64,000 nt of DNA, taken from Nautiliaceae bacterium. GTDB lineage: Bacteria > Campylobacterota > Campylobacteria > Campylobacterales > Nautiliaceae. The notes below the pieces were generated by a model, which saw nothing but the letters and a program-made list of their open reading frames with translations, was not told the origin of the DNA and searched no databases. The position numbers and the translations under genes were made by a program. Location: positions 1 to 64,000 of the forward strand of contig JBDONT010000043.1 in NCBI GenBank assembly GCA_039831155.1. The letters run 5' to 3'. This document shows, in pieces, positions 10,332 through 19,790 of this stretch. Position 1 is the stretch's first letter; every line of letters starts with the position of its first letter.

Positions 10332-10744
10332 TTGTTTCTGATGATTAAACTATCAGGAAGATTAAATTTTTCTATTAACTCTTTTTCTTTTTCTCTCATT
10401 TCTCCGTTGTCTGTTTCGTGGTCGTAACCTAAAAGGTGTAACATTCCGTGAATAAATAGGAGCTTTATTTCGTCGTCTAAGGAGTGGTTTATTTCGTTTG
10501 CCACTCTTTTTGCCGTATCTACCGAAATTACTATACTCCCAAGTGGCATTCCCGGCATATCTTCTAAAGGAAAGCTAAGTACGTCTGTAGGGGTGTTTTT
10601 GTTTCTGTAGGTGGTGTTTATTTTTTTTATCTCTTCATCGGTTGTTAAAATAAGTTCTATGTCTTTATTAGTTAGGTATTCATAAATCTCTTTTAGTTTG
10701 TTTATATCAAACTCATAATCAGTTCTATTTTCGAAATCTATCAT
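10328..10744 (-). CDS. ybeY: rRNA maturation endoribonuclease YbeY
   Basis: TDVLSFP, HGMLHLLGYDH. Confidence 0.96.
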   Translation of the reverse strand: MIDFENRTDYEFDINKLKEIYEYLTNKDIELILTTDEEIKKINTTYRNKNTPTDVLSFPLEDMPGMPLGSIVISVDTAKRVANEINHSLDDEIKLLFIHGMLHLLGYDHETDNGEMREKEKELIEKFNLPDSLIIRNN

Positions 10745-10791
10745 TTAGCCACCTTTTTTAGTAAAATTATATAATAAAAAAAGGATTCACA

Positions 10792-11448
10792 TTGAAAGCC
10801 GTCGTTATACTAAGTGGAGGTATGGATTCTACGACTGCTCTTTTTATAGCAAAAAAGGAGTATGAAGTAATTCCCCTTCATTTCAATTACAATCAAAGAA
10901 CCGAAAAAAGAGAGCTTAAAGCCTTTAATGATATTTGTGATTATTTGGGGCTGGAGAATAGGTATGTTATTGATTTGCCCTTTTTTAAACAAATAGGTGC
11001 TAGTGCTTTGGTGGATGAGAATTTAGAAGTTCCTACAGATGGACTAAAACCCGGAATTCCTATAACTTATGTGCCGTTTAGAAACGGAATTTTTTTATCG
11101 ATTGCAGCTGCAATTGCAGAAAAAGAGGGTGCTAAAGCTGTTTTTATAGGAGTTGTGGAAGAAGATAGTAGTGGATATCCGGATTGTACGGAAAAGTTTA
11201 TAAAAAGTATGCAAGATGCCATAAATGCCGGGACTAAACCTCAAACATACATAGAGTTAAAAACTCCTCTTATTCATCTTAAAAAAGAGGATATAGTAAA
11301 AAAGGCTGTTGAAGTGGGAGTTCCTCTTGAGCTTACGTGGAGTTGTTATAAAGAGGAAGAAAAAGCGTGTGGGGTGTGTGACAGTTGCAGGTTGAGGCTA
11401 AAAGGATTTGAAAAAGCCGGTATTGAAGATAAAATACCTTACAAGTGA
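10792..11448 (+). CDS. queC: 7-cyano-7-deazaguanine synthase
   Basis: SGGMDS, YVPFRN, GYPDC, SCY..CGVCDSC. Confidence 0.96.
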   Translation: MKAVVILSGGMDSTTALFIAKKEYEVIPLHFNYNQRTEKRELKAFNDICDYLGLENRYVIDLPFFKQIGASALVDENLEVPTDGLKPGIPITYVPFRNGIFLSIAAAIAEKEGAKAVFIGVVEEDSSGYPDCTEKFIKSMQDAINAGTKPQTYIELKTPLIHLKKEDIVKKAVEVGVPLELTWSCYKEEEKACGVCDSCRLRLKGFEKAGIEDKIPYK

Positions 11449-11534
11449 AAATATTATGTTAACTTATAAAGAGTTAAATTAAGCTTAAAAGCTTTAACCT
11501 TTAATGAAAAAAACTTAAAAACTAAAGGAGAAAA

Positions 11535-12374
11535 ATGAAAAAGAAAATCGAAACAGTAAAAACTCTACTTGACTCTCTTCCTTTTATCAGAAAATTTTAC
11601 GGGAAGACTATTGTTATAAAATACGGAGGAAGTGCCCAAATAGATGAGAAGTTAAAAGAGTCTTTTGCAGTTGATATTTTAATGTTCTATATGGTTGGGA
11701 TAAAGCCAGTAATCGTTCATGGAGGAGGTAAAAGAATTACGGAAATTTTAAACGCCCTTAATGTAAAAACAGAGTTTAAAGACGGGGTTAGGGTTACTAC
11801 TAAAGAGTCTATAAAAATTGCAGAAATGGTGCTTAGTGGAGAGATAAATAAAGAAATTGTAAATATGTTAAACCAGCACGGGGCTAAGGCTATCGGGATA
11901 AACGGAAAGGATATGAGTTTTATGAAGGCAAAATCACTTGTAGGGTATACGGGTGAGATTGTTTCGATTGATGGGGTTTTTATAAATAAACTTTTAAGTG
12001 AAAATCTAATTCCGGTAATTGCCCCGATAGCCGCAGGAGATAGTGCCACACATCCCGGGTATAATATAAATGCCGATACTGCGGCAAGTGAGATAGCAGT
12101 TGCAATTAACGCAAAAAGAGTTATATTTTTAACGGATACTCCTGGAGTATTGGATAAAAATAAAAATCTTATAAGTTCTTTAACAAAAACCGAAATTGAA
12201 GAACTTAAAAAAGACGGTACAATAGCAGGTGGTATGATTCCAAAAGTTGACGCAGCACTTGGGGCTGTAGAGAGAGGAGTTGAAAAGGCTCATATAATTG
12301 ACGGAAGAGTTGAGCATTCGATTTTACTTGAGCTTTTAACAAGCGAAGGAATAGGAACTGAAATTAAAGGATAA
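11535..12374 (+). CDS. argB: Acetylglutamate kinase
   Basis: VIKYGG, VHGGG, NINAD, GGMIPKV, HIIDGR. Confidence 0.96.
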   Translation: MKKKIETVKTLLDSLPFIRKFYGKTIVIKYGGSAQIDEKLKESFAVDILMFYMVGIKPVIVHGGGKRITEILNALNVKTEFKDGVRVTTKESIKIAEMVLSGEINKEIVNMLNQHGAKAIGINGKDMSFMKAKSLVGYTGEIVSIDGVFINKLLSENLIPVIAPIAAGDSATHPGYNINADTAASEIAVAINAKRVIFLTDTPGVLDKNKNLISSLTKTEIEELKKDGTIAGGMIPKVDAALGAVERGVEKAHIIDGRVEHSILLELLTSEGIGTEIKG

Positions 12375-12384
12375 AGGAGAGAAA

Positions 12385-12744
12385 ATGAAATTTATCGTAA
12401 AAAAACCTATACCTGGATTTGAAAACGTACAAGAGGTTGATTTTAGTAAAATAGATATAGACTTGGCAGTTTTAAAAGACGGTGAAAAAACTCTTTTTAC
12501 TCTTATAAATCCTTTTATTTTAAGAGAGTATGAGTTTGAAATACCGGCTGATGTTAAGGTATTGCTTGATATTAACGAAAATTCTAAAATAGAAGTTTAT
12601 AACAATATCGTGCTTAAAAACCCCAGAGAAGAGTCTATAGTAAACTTTAAAGCCCCGTTTATTTTTAATTTTGATAATAATACTTGTGCTCAAGTTATTT
12701 TGGGAAACGAAGGATATTCTAAGCTTGGAGATTTTGTAAAATAG
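12385..12744 (+). CDS. fliW: Flagellar assembly factor FliW
   Basis: PIPGFE, INPF..REYEF, NFKAP, AQVIL pattern. Confidence 0.85.
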   Translation: MKFIVKKPIPGFENVQEVDFSKIDIDLAVLKDGEKTLFTLINPFILREYEFEIPADVKVLLDINENSKIEVYNNIVLKNPREESIVNFKAPFIFNFDNNTCAQVILGNEGYSKLGDFVK

Positions 12745-12772
12745 GGTATAATTCGCCAAAAAAAAGGGAATT

Positions 12773-14791
12773 ATGCCACTTAGCAAATTAAACAAAGAAC
12801 AGCTTCAAGCAGCTACCGCCCCTCTTGGGCATAATCTTGTTATAGCAAGTGCCGGGACTGGTAAGACTTCTACTATAGTAGGAAGAATTGCTTATCTGCT
12901 TCAAGAGGGAATTGACCCAAAAGAAATACTTCTTTTAACCTTTACAAACAAAGCCGCAAATGAAATGAAAGAGAGGGTTTCTAGATTTTTACCTAAAGCA
13001 AAAGAGATTGAGGCAGGGACATTTCACGCAGTAAGTTATAGGTGGTTAAAAAAACTGAATAAAAACATAGTTTTAAAACAGCCTAAAGATTTAAAGATTC
13101 TTTTTAAGTCTATTTACGATAAAAGGGATTTTACTAGACTTCAGGGAGAAGAGAAGCCCTACGGTGCTAATTATCTTTTTGATTTATATTCTTTATTTTT
13201 AAATTCAAATGTTGAGAATTTTGAAGAATGGCTGGCGAAAAAAGCTCCTAATCAGGTTGAATACGCATTGGTTTATGAGAGTATTTTTGATGAGTATGAA
13301 GAGATTAAAAGAGAGCATAATTTAGTGGATTTTAATTCTCTTTTAATTGAAATGATAAGGGCTATTAAAAACGGGGTTAAAGTGCCTTTTAAAGAGGTAT
13401 TGGTTGATGAATATCAAGATACCAATCCTTTGCAAAATTCTCTAATAGAGAGTATAAAACAAGACTCTCTTTTTTGTGTTGGGGACTATGACCAGAGTAT
13501 TTATGCTTTTAACGGGGCTGATATTTCTATTATTTCCACTTTTGATAAAAGATACGAAAATGCTAAAGTATTTACCCTAAAGAAAAATTACAGAAGTTAC
13601 GGGGAGATTTTGGAAATTGCAAATAAGGTTATTTCTCATAATCCCAGAATTTACCCTAAAAGTTTGGAAGTTACGAGAGGATTTTTAGGAGAGTGGCCTA
13701 AGGTTTTGTATTATAACGATACGTTTGAAGAGTATAGAGATATCGCTAGCAGGATTTTTGTATCTTCCACAAACAGAGACGACATAGCTATTTTGTTTAG
13801 AAACAACTCAAGTGCCGATGCGATTGAGGCTATGCTTAGAGAAAAAGGGATTGAATGCAGAAGAAAAGGAGGAGTTAGTTTTTTTGATTCAAAGGAAGTT
13901 AAAATTACTCTTGATTTGTTGACTTTTATAGTTAATCCAAAAGACATAATGGCGTTTATTCATATATTCGAATACGCAAAAGGTGTCGGGAGTGCCATAG
14001 CAAACGATATTTTTGAAGCTCTTATGATTTTAGGAGAAGGAGATGCTAAAAGAGGGTTTTTAAACCCCGATACTTCAAAAAAGGTTTTTACAAATAAAAA
14101 AACCTCTTATCAACTTGGGCTTTTTGATGATTTTATTCAGCTAGGAAGCCTTTCTAAGTTTAAAATGATAGGTATAGATGATGAGTTTTTATCAAATCCT
14201 ATTTTAAAACATCCTAAACTCTCCGTTGAGGGTGGGGAGTTTTTATTTAATTTTTACAAACTTTTAAAAAGAGTAAACAGGCTTAAAAATCCGATTTCCA
14301 TATTTAACGAAGTTATAGAGAGTAAGACTTTTAAGCATATTATAGGCAATATAGCAAAAGAGAGAAGTAAAGATAAAAACGGAAAATTGATAGTTGAAAA
14401 ATTTGATGAAAATAAGGAAAAGATAAAAAATAAAGTAAAAGTGCTTGGTAATTTATTGAAAAATTACAACGATTTGGAGAAGTTTTTAAACGCTATGGTA
14501 CTTGGAGCTAGCGAAATGAGTGAAGGCAAAGGGGTAAATCTTTTAACGATACACGCAAGTAAGGGGCTTGAGTTTAAGGAGGTTTATATTGTTGATTTGA
14601 TGGAAAAGAGGTTTCCTAACATAAAACTCTCAAAACCGGCCGGTGGAATAGAAGAAGAGAGAAGGCTTTTTTATGTAGCTGTTACAAGGGCAAAAGATAG
14701 ACTTTATTTATGCCTTGCTAAGAATGACAGAATAAGAAATATTTCCTATGAACCCAGCAGGTTTTTGGCAGAAGCCGGATATAAACTATAA
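12773..14791 (+). CDS. UvrD/Rep-family ATP-dependent DNA helicase
   Basis: ASAGTGKT, VDEYQD, VGDYDQSIY, TIHASKGLEF, EERRLFYVAVTRA. Confidence 0.93.
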   Translation: MPLSKLNKEQLQAATAPLGHNLVIASAGTGKTSTIVGRIAYLLQEGIDPKEILLLTFTNKAANEMKERVSRFLPKAKEIEAGTFHAVSYRWLKKLNKNIVLKQPKDLKILFKSIYDKRDFTRLQGEEKPYGANYLFDLYSLFLNSNVENFEEWLAKKAPNQVEYALVYESIFDEYEEIKREHNLVDFNSLLIEMIRAIKNGVKVPFKEVLVDEYQDTNPLQNSLIESIKQDSLFCVGDYDQSIYAFNGADISIISTFDKRYENAKVFTLKKNYRSYGEILEIANKVISHNPRIYPKSLEVTRGFLGEWPKVLYYNDTFEEYRDIASRIFVSSTNRDDIAILFRNNSSADAIEAMLREKGIECRRKGGVSFFDSKEVKITLDLLTFIVNPKDIMAFIHIFEYAKGVGSAIANDIFEALMILGEGDAKRGFLNPDTSKKVFTNKKTSYQLGLFDDFIQLGSLSKFKMIGIDDEFLSNPILKHPKLSVEGGEFLFNFYKLLKRVNRLKNPISIFNEVIESKTFKHIIGNIAKERSKDKNGKLIVEKFDENKEKIKNKVKVLGNLLKNYNDLEKFLNAMVLGASEMSEGKGVNLLTIHASKGLEFKEVYIVDLMEKRFPNIKLSKPAGGIEEERRLFYVAVTRAKDRLYLCLAKNDRIRNISYEPSRFLAEAGYKL

Positions 14792-14800
14792 AGGAAGAAG

Positions 14801-16003
14801 ATGTCTTATAAGGAAAACAATATAAAAAACGTTTTACACGGATTTTTTTTGGCAGTTGCTATGGCAGTTGCAGAGCCTAGTACGATTTTGCCTCTTATTG
14901 TGCATCATTTTAGTGAGAGTGTGATTTTGGTGGGAGTTTTTGCTTCGTTGCTTAGAGGAGGGGCGATTTTAGTGCAACTTTTCGCCGCATTTTACGCTCA
15001 AGGTTATAAAAAAGTAATGCCTTATATGAGAAGAGTTTTTTTAGCCAGGTTTCTTAGCTGGTTTATGATAGGTATTGCGATTTTAATTATAGGAGATAAA
15101 AACCCGACCCTTACTCTTTGGGTGTTTGGAATAGGGCTTTTTATATTCTCTTTTTCAGCGGGTTTTGGAAGTATCTATTTTAGTGAGATAATAGCAAAAA
15201 TTTTTACAAAAACAGAGCGTGGTAAATCAATGGCGAATAGGCAGTTTTTTGCTGCAATTGCTTCTATTATAAGTGGAGGAATAGCCGGGTGGGTTTTGGA
15301 GAGTTTCGAGCCTCCTAAAAGTTATGCTTATCTTTTTATAATAAGCAGTTTTTTACTTGGTATAGGGCTTTTTGCGTTTGCTACGATAAAAGAGCCGATT
15401 AAAGAGAATGTAAGGGTAAAAGAGGAGAGTTTTATAAAATTTTTGAAAAACGCTTTTTCTTTTTTAAAAGAGGATAAGGCTTTACAGATTCAGATTTTGA
15501 CAATTTTGTTTAGTTACTCTTTTTTGTTCGCTTTTCCTTTTGTAATTTTAAAAGCGAATCAAACCATCCATCTAAACGGTTGGCTTGTGGGAGGATTTGT
15601 TACTATTCAAATGCTCGGGGCTTTAATCGGTAATTTGGTTTGGAAAAAATTAGCTCCTCAATATAAAAAGATTATTATTTTTTCTTTTATAAGTGTTGTT
15701 ATGGCGTTTATTGTGGCATTGTTTGCAAAAAACGCTTTTATGTATGCAGTGGTGTTTTTTTTAATAGGGTTTGCAATGGACGGATTTAAAATCAGTGGTA
15801 TGAATCTTTTGTTTGAGATAGCACCGGAGGATAAAAGACCGGTTTATGTGGCTTTGCAGAATAATTTAACTTCAATAGGGCTTTTTTTTGCAATTCCCGG
15901 TGGATTTATTTTAGAAAAGTTCGGATATGACGTTTTATATCTTTTTACTGTCTGTATGCTTTTTGTAGGGCTTTTTTTTGCCACCAGATTAAAGGCTAAC
16001 TGA
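14801..16003 (+). CDS. MFS transporter
   Basis: About 12 hydrophobic segments, 400 aa, APEDKRP..Y motif. Confidence 0.85.
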   Translation: MSYKENNIKNVLHGFFLAVAMAVAEPSTILPLIVHHFSESVILVGVFASLLRGGAILVQLFAAFYAQGYKKVMPYMRRVFLARFLSWFMIGIAILIIGDKNPTLTLWVFGIGLFIFSFSAGFGSIYFSEIIAKIFTKTERGKSMANRQFFAAIASIISGGIAGWVLESFEPPKSYAYLFIISSFLLGIGLFAFATIKEPIKENVRVKEESFIKFLKNAFSFLKEDKALQIQILTILFSYSFLFAFPFVILKANQTIHLNGWLVGGFVTIQMLGALIGNLVWKKLAPQYKKIIIFSFISVVMAFIVALFAKNAFMYAVVFFLIGFAMDGFKISGMNLLFEIAPEDKRPVYVALQNNLTSIGLFFAIPGGFILEKFGYDVLYLFTVCMLFVGLFFATRLKAN

Positions 16004-16575
16004 TGCAAGAAATTGTAGATTTTATAGTTAATACCGTAGGAAGTTTGGGGTATGTGGGGATTTTTATTATGATGTTTTTGGAGAGCAGTTTTTTTCCTTT
16101 TCCCAGTGAAGTTGTAATGATACCGGCCGGGTATCTTGCAAGTAAAGGGGAGATGAATATTTTTTTGGTTATTATAAGTGGTGTTTTGGGTTCTGTAACG
16201 GGAGCCTGGTTTAATTATCTTATAGCTTATAGTGCCGGTAGGAGGATTGTTCTTAAATTCTTAAAAGCTAAGCATTTAGAAAGAATAGAAAAGTTTTTTG
16301 AAAAACACGGAGAGATATCGACTTTTAACGGAAGATTGATTCCGGGAATTAGGCAGTATATCTCTTTTCCGGCCGGTCTTGCTAAAATGGAGCCTTTTAA
16401 ATTTACTCTTTTTACGGCTTTGGGAGCCGGGATTTGGGTGGTTGTTTTAGCAATGCTGGGATTTTTTATAGGAGAAAACCAGGAGCTGATTCATAAATAT
16501 ATAAAAGAAATTACCGTTTTTACTATAGGCTTTTTAGCGATAATTACTTTTATATACATAAAAAGGAGGAGTTAA
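16003..16575 (+). CDS. DedA-family membrane protein
   Basis: [28 protein letters not shown]. Confidence 0.92.
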   Translation: MQEIVDFIVNTVGSLGYVGIFIMMFLESSFFPFPSEVVMIPAGYLASKGEMNIFLVIISGVLGSVTGAWFNYLIAYSAGRRIVLKFLKAKHLERIEKFFEKHGEISTFNGRLIPGIRQYISFPAGLAKMEPFKFTLFTALGAGIWVVVLAMLGFFIGENQELIHKYIKEITVFTIGFLAIITFIYIKRRS

Positions 16576-17057
16576 TCCTCCCATCTGCATCTTCTTCCAA
16601 ATCCACGTCCAAAACCTCTTTGAAGGCCTCTTCCTAAGCCTCTTTGGAAGTTTTGGTATCTTCTTCCAAAACCTCTTCTAAATTGAGGCTCAACGTTAGG
16701 AGATTCTAAAGACTCTAAAGTGTTCAGTGTTTCTTGGATGTCTTTTGTATTTGAAATTAAAGGTGTGATGCCTTCGGCAACTAGGTTTTTAACCATACTT
16801 TCTCCAAACTCTTCTGCTACCAAAGCATCAACCCCGGCTTCTGCCAATAATACAGGTACTATTCTTCCGGTACCAAGACCTCTTTGGTGTTGAGGTAGTG
16901 ATTTTAGGTTTATGTTTTCTTCTTTTATTGTTTCAATTATAGGGTTTTGGATATAGAATTTTTCGTTTGTATCGGTATCGATAATTAAAAACCCTTTTGC
17001 CAGTCCTATATGGTTTGCGATTGTTTTTTGATTGTTTGTCGGAAATGCTACTCTCAT
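16572..17057 (-). CDS. NifB/NifX (dinitrogenase FeMo-cofactor domain) family protein with an Arg/Gly-rich tail
   Basis: [16 protein letters not shown]-terminus, [11 protein letters not shown]; tail [23 protein letters not shown]. Confidence 0.75.
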   Translation of the reverse strand: MRVAFPTNNQKTIANHIGLAKGFLIIDTDTNEKFYIQNPIIETIKEENINLKSLPQHQRGLGTGRIVPVLLAEAGVDALVAEEFGESMVKNLVAEGITPLISNTKDIQETLNTLESLESPNVEPQFRRGFGRRYQNFQRGLGRGLQRGFGRGFGRRCRWED

Positions 17058-17078
17058 TTTCCCCTCCTTAAAATTTTT

Positions 17079-17351
17079 TTATTTTAAAACCTCTATCGCT
17101 TTGCCGTTTAGCAAAGCATCTGCAATTTTTGCTCTTGCGTTATTTAGAATTCTTCCGAATGTCGGACGAGAGACTTGCATTTCAATTGCCGCCTCTTCGT
17201 GATAAAGTTTTTCTAAATCGGCAAGTCTTATAGCTTCAAGCTCATCGGGTGTTAGTGTTACGATATCCAGCATTATAGCCGGTACACTACAGGGCTTGAA
17301 GCATACGTTTTCGAAATTTCCCCTAATTCTTCTTCTTACTCTTCTTGGCAT
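17079..17351 (-). CDS. DUF134-family predicted DNA-binding protein
   Basis: MPRRVRRR..FKP, ELEAIRLADLE, AA..MQVSRPTF.RIL..AR.KIADAL..GKAI. Confidence 0.92.
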   Translation of the reverse strand: MPRRVRRRIRGNFENVCFKPCSVPAIMLDIVTLTPDELEAIRLADLEKLYHEEAAIEMQVSRPTFGRILNNARAKIADALLNGKAIEVLK

Positions 17352-17362
17352 TTAAGCTCCTT

Positions 17363-17409
17363 TGAACATATGTTCACTAAATTATACTTCTTTTTTGAGC
17401 ATATGTCAA
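17363..17409 (-). promoter_or_regulatory. Consensus sigma70 promoter of the DUF134 operon overlapped by two palindromic operators
   Basis: Minus strand TTGACA(17409-17404)-17 nt-TATAAT(17386-17381); TGAACATATGTTCA at 17363-17376 and TGAGCATATGTCAA at 17396-17409. Confidence 0.85.
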
Positions 17410-17495
17410 GATAAAAAAGAATTTTATATAAATTTTTCTTAAAAAAGTGATAATTTTTTGTTATACTTTAGCAAATTTTCATAAGGAGAATATGT

Positions 17496-18689
17496 ATGGG
17501 TAAAAGAGTTTTGGTTTTAGGTGGAGGATTTGGTGCACTTGAGAGTGCTATTTGGCTTAGAAAATACGGATTTGACGTAACGGTTGTAACAAATAGGGAT
17601 TATATGTATATATATCCTATTTCTATTTGGATTCCAACGGGTGAGTATTCTTTTGAAGATTGTACCATATCCTGGGAAGAGTTAAGAAAAGTTCACGGAT
17701 TTGAAGTAAAATATGATAAAGTGACTAAAATAGATATTAACGCTAAAAAAATAGTATGCGAAAAAGAGACTTTTAGTGATTTTGATTATCTTGTAATTGC
17801 CATAGGTGCCGATAAGGTAAAACATAAAGGAAGTGAAAATTTCTTATCTATTTGTGGTGCTCCCGAAGAGTCTTTAAAAATAAAAGAAAAACTTGACGAA
17901 CTTATTAAAAAAGGAGAAGGAAAACTTGCGTTTGGGTTTGGTGGTAATCCTAAAGACCCTAGTAATGTAAGAGGTGGTCCTGCTTTTGAAGTTATGTTTA
18001 ATGTTCATAATAAATTAAAAAAACTCGGTATTAGAAATAAGTTTGAAATTACCTTTTTTGCTCCTATGCCAAAACCGGGTGCCAGAATGGGTGAAAAGGC
18101 TTTAAAAGTTATGGATATGTGGTTTAATAAACTTGATATAAAACAAATCAAAGGAAAGAAAATCAAAGAGTTTGTAAGTGACGGTGTTATTTTTGAAGAC
18201 GATTCGAAACTTGAGAGTGATTTGACTATGTTTATTCCGGCCGGAAACGGACTGGAGATTTTTAAAGATAGTGGACTTCCTTTAAATGAAGCCGGGTTTA
18301 TTAAGATTAATGAGTATTGTGAAGTTATGCATAACTTTGATGAAACGAGTTCGGATAAGTTTCCTATTTTTGCCGTAGGAGATAGTGCTGCAATTGACGG
18401 ACCAGATTGGAGAGCGAAACAAGGACATTTAGCAGAAGTAATGGCAAAAGTTACGGCTTATAACATTAAAATGATGGAAGAAGGAAAAGAATCCAGAAAA
18501 GAGTATATCTCTCATATTAATATTTTATGTCTTATGGATAGTGGAGATGGTGGAGCTTTTGTTTATAGAGACAATAAAAAAGCGATGCTTATACCTTTAC
18601 CTATTATAGGGCATTGGATGAAAAAAGGTTGGGGGTGGTATTTTAAAAATTCTAAACTAAATAAAATTCCTAGAATACCGGGAATGTAA
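17496..18689 (+). CDS. Sulfide:quinone oxidoreductase-like FAD-dependent oxidoreductase
   Basis: GGGFG FAD motif, DYLVIAIG, SICG, FAVGD and C-terminal CLMDSG (SQR CxxDxG) motif. Confidence 0.8.
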   Translation: MGKRVLVLGGGFGALESAIWLRKYGFDVTVVTNRDYMYIYPISIWIPTGEYSFEDCTISWEELRKVHGFEVKYDKVTKIDINAKKIVCEKETFSDFDYLVIAIGADKVKHKGSENFLSICGAPEESLKIKEKLDELIKKGEGKLAFGFGGNPKDPSNVRGGPAFEVMFNVHNKLKKLGIRNKFEITFFAPMPKPGARMGEKALKVMDMWFNKLDIKQIKGKKIKEFVSDGVIFEDDSKLESDLTMFIPAGNGLEIFKDSGLPLNEAGFIKINEYCEVMHNFDETSSDKFPIFAVGDSAAIDGPDWRAKQGHLAEVMAKVTAYNIKMMEEGKESRKEYISHINILCLMDSGDGGAFVYRDNKKAMLIPLPIIGHWMKKGWGWYFKNSKLNKIPRIPGM

Positions 18690-18710
18690 GAGCTTTAAAG
18701 CTCTTTTTTT
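18688..18710 (+). terminator. Rho-independent terminator
   Basis: AAGAGC-TTTAAA-GCTCTT followed by a T run. Confidence 0.75.
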
Positions 18711-18740
18711 AATTTTTTATAAAAATTTAAAAAAAAACTC

Positions 18741-18769
18741 TTGACAAAGAATAAAAATTTTTATACAAT
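18741..18769 (+). promoter_or_regulatory. Sigma70 promoter of the tRNA operon
   Basis: TTGACA-17 nt-TACAAT with A-rich upstream tract. Confidence 0.85.
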
Positions 18770-18789
18770 TTCATTACCAAATGACGCGA

Positions 18790-18864
18790 TGGGCTGTCGC
18801 CAAGTGGTAAGGCAGCGGACTTTGACTCCGTCATTCGGAGGTTCGAATCCTCCCAGCCCAGCCA
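18790..18864 (+). tRNA. tRNA-Gln(UUG)
   Basis: Cloverleaf TGGGCTG/CAGCCCA, anticodon loop CTTTGAC, TTCGAAT, encoded CCA. Confidence 0.97.
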
Positions 18865-18870
18865 TTTTGA

Positions 18871-18948
<78 letters not shown>

Positions 18949-18999
18949 GACTGTTAAATAAAATGGTGTCAGAGGAAATACAAAGATAAAAAAGAAGAA

Positions 19000-19215
19000 T
19001 TAGTCTCCTTTAGATAAACCGAAAAATATTTCGATTTTTGTCTCAAGTCTTACAAAATCCTCTCTTAAATCTTTAATTGAACTTAAATTGTCCTCAAACT
19101 TTATAAGAGAATTTTGCAAATTGTTTAAATCTTTCCTTAAACTTACAACATAAGAAGTGACAAAAACTAAATATGAAATTATAGTTATTGCCACTCCAGT
19201 CTCAAGTGTTATCAT
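19000..19215 (-). CDS. Small protein with one TM helix plus coiled coil (phage/holin-like architecture)
   Basis: MITLETGVAITIISYLVFVTSYVVSL then heptad-rich segment; ATG at 19215 follows an upstream TAA (TAATATG); GTG at 19236 is an alternative start. Confidence 0.55.
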   Translation of the reverse strand: MITLETGVAITIISYLVFVTSYVVSLRKDLNNLQNSLIKFEDNLSSIKDLREDFVRLETKIEIFFGLSKGD

Positions 19216-19216
19216 A

Positions 19217-19351
19217 TTAGCTTCTTGAATCTCCACTATCAGCTGAAGCTATTTGGACCTTTCTACTCCTTAAAATATAAACACTATCTGCTTTTACATT
19301 ATTAAAAGTTTTACCTTTTAAAGCATTTTTTACGTCTGCATCAGAAAGGTT
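19217..19351 (-). pseudogene. Headless 3' remnant of an unknown gene
   Basis: 44 open codons (NLSDADVKNALKGKTFNNVKADSVYILRSRKVQIASADSGDSRS*) with no start codon; stop lies 1 nt before the next ATG. Confidence 0.4.
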
Positions 19352-19790
19352 TTATTTATTATGTAAATTTGTATAAATTTTATTCAAGGAATAGCTTATT
19401 TTAATTTACCTTCTAATCTTTAATGAGGTTTATTATTTGTAATTATTTCGATTTTCTTTTTGTTATTTAAATGTTGCAGGTTTAAGTTCTATCACAAAAC
19501 TGTATAACTTTTCCCAAGCTCAAAATTTTGACAATTATTTAAAAACTTGCGATATAATTGCAATAGTCAAATGATTTTTGAAAATTTTTTGTTAACACTT
19601 ATTTTGGTTGGGAAAATCCCTAAAGTCGGTAGTGAGTATTTTGAAAACCCCGATATTTAAAATGCGTTTAACCGATACATTTGGAGTATTGAAACTATTT
19701 TAATTTTGAGAATCCTATGATTTTTAGGAGTAGTTTAAGCGATGATTTTATGAAATTGGAAAAAAACAGAAGATTAAAATAAGATAATAC

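Noticed and set aside
11449-11534. TTAA/AAGCTT-rich palindromes upstream of argB
   Set aside because: Short AT-rich palindromes are expected by chance at this base composition
16572-17057. Nitrogen fixation implied by the NifB/NifX domain
   Set aside because: No nif genes nearby; this domain is common in non-diazotrophs
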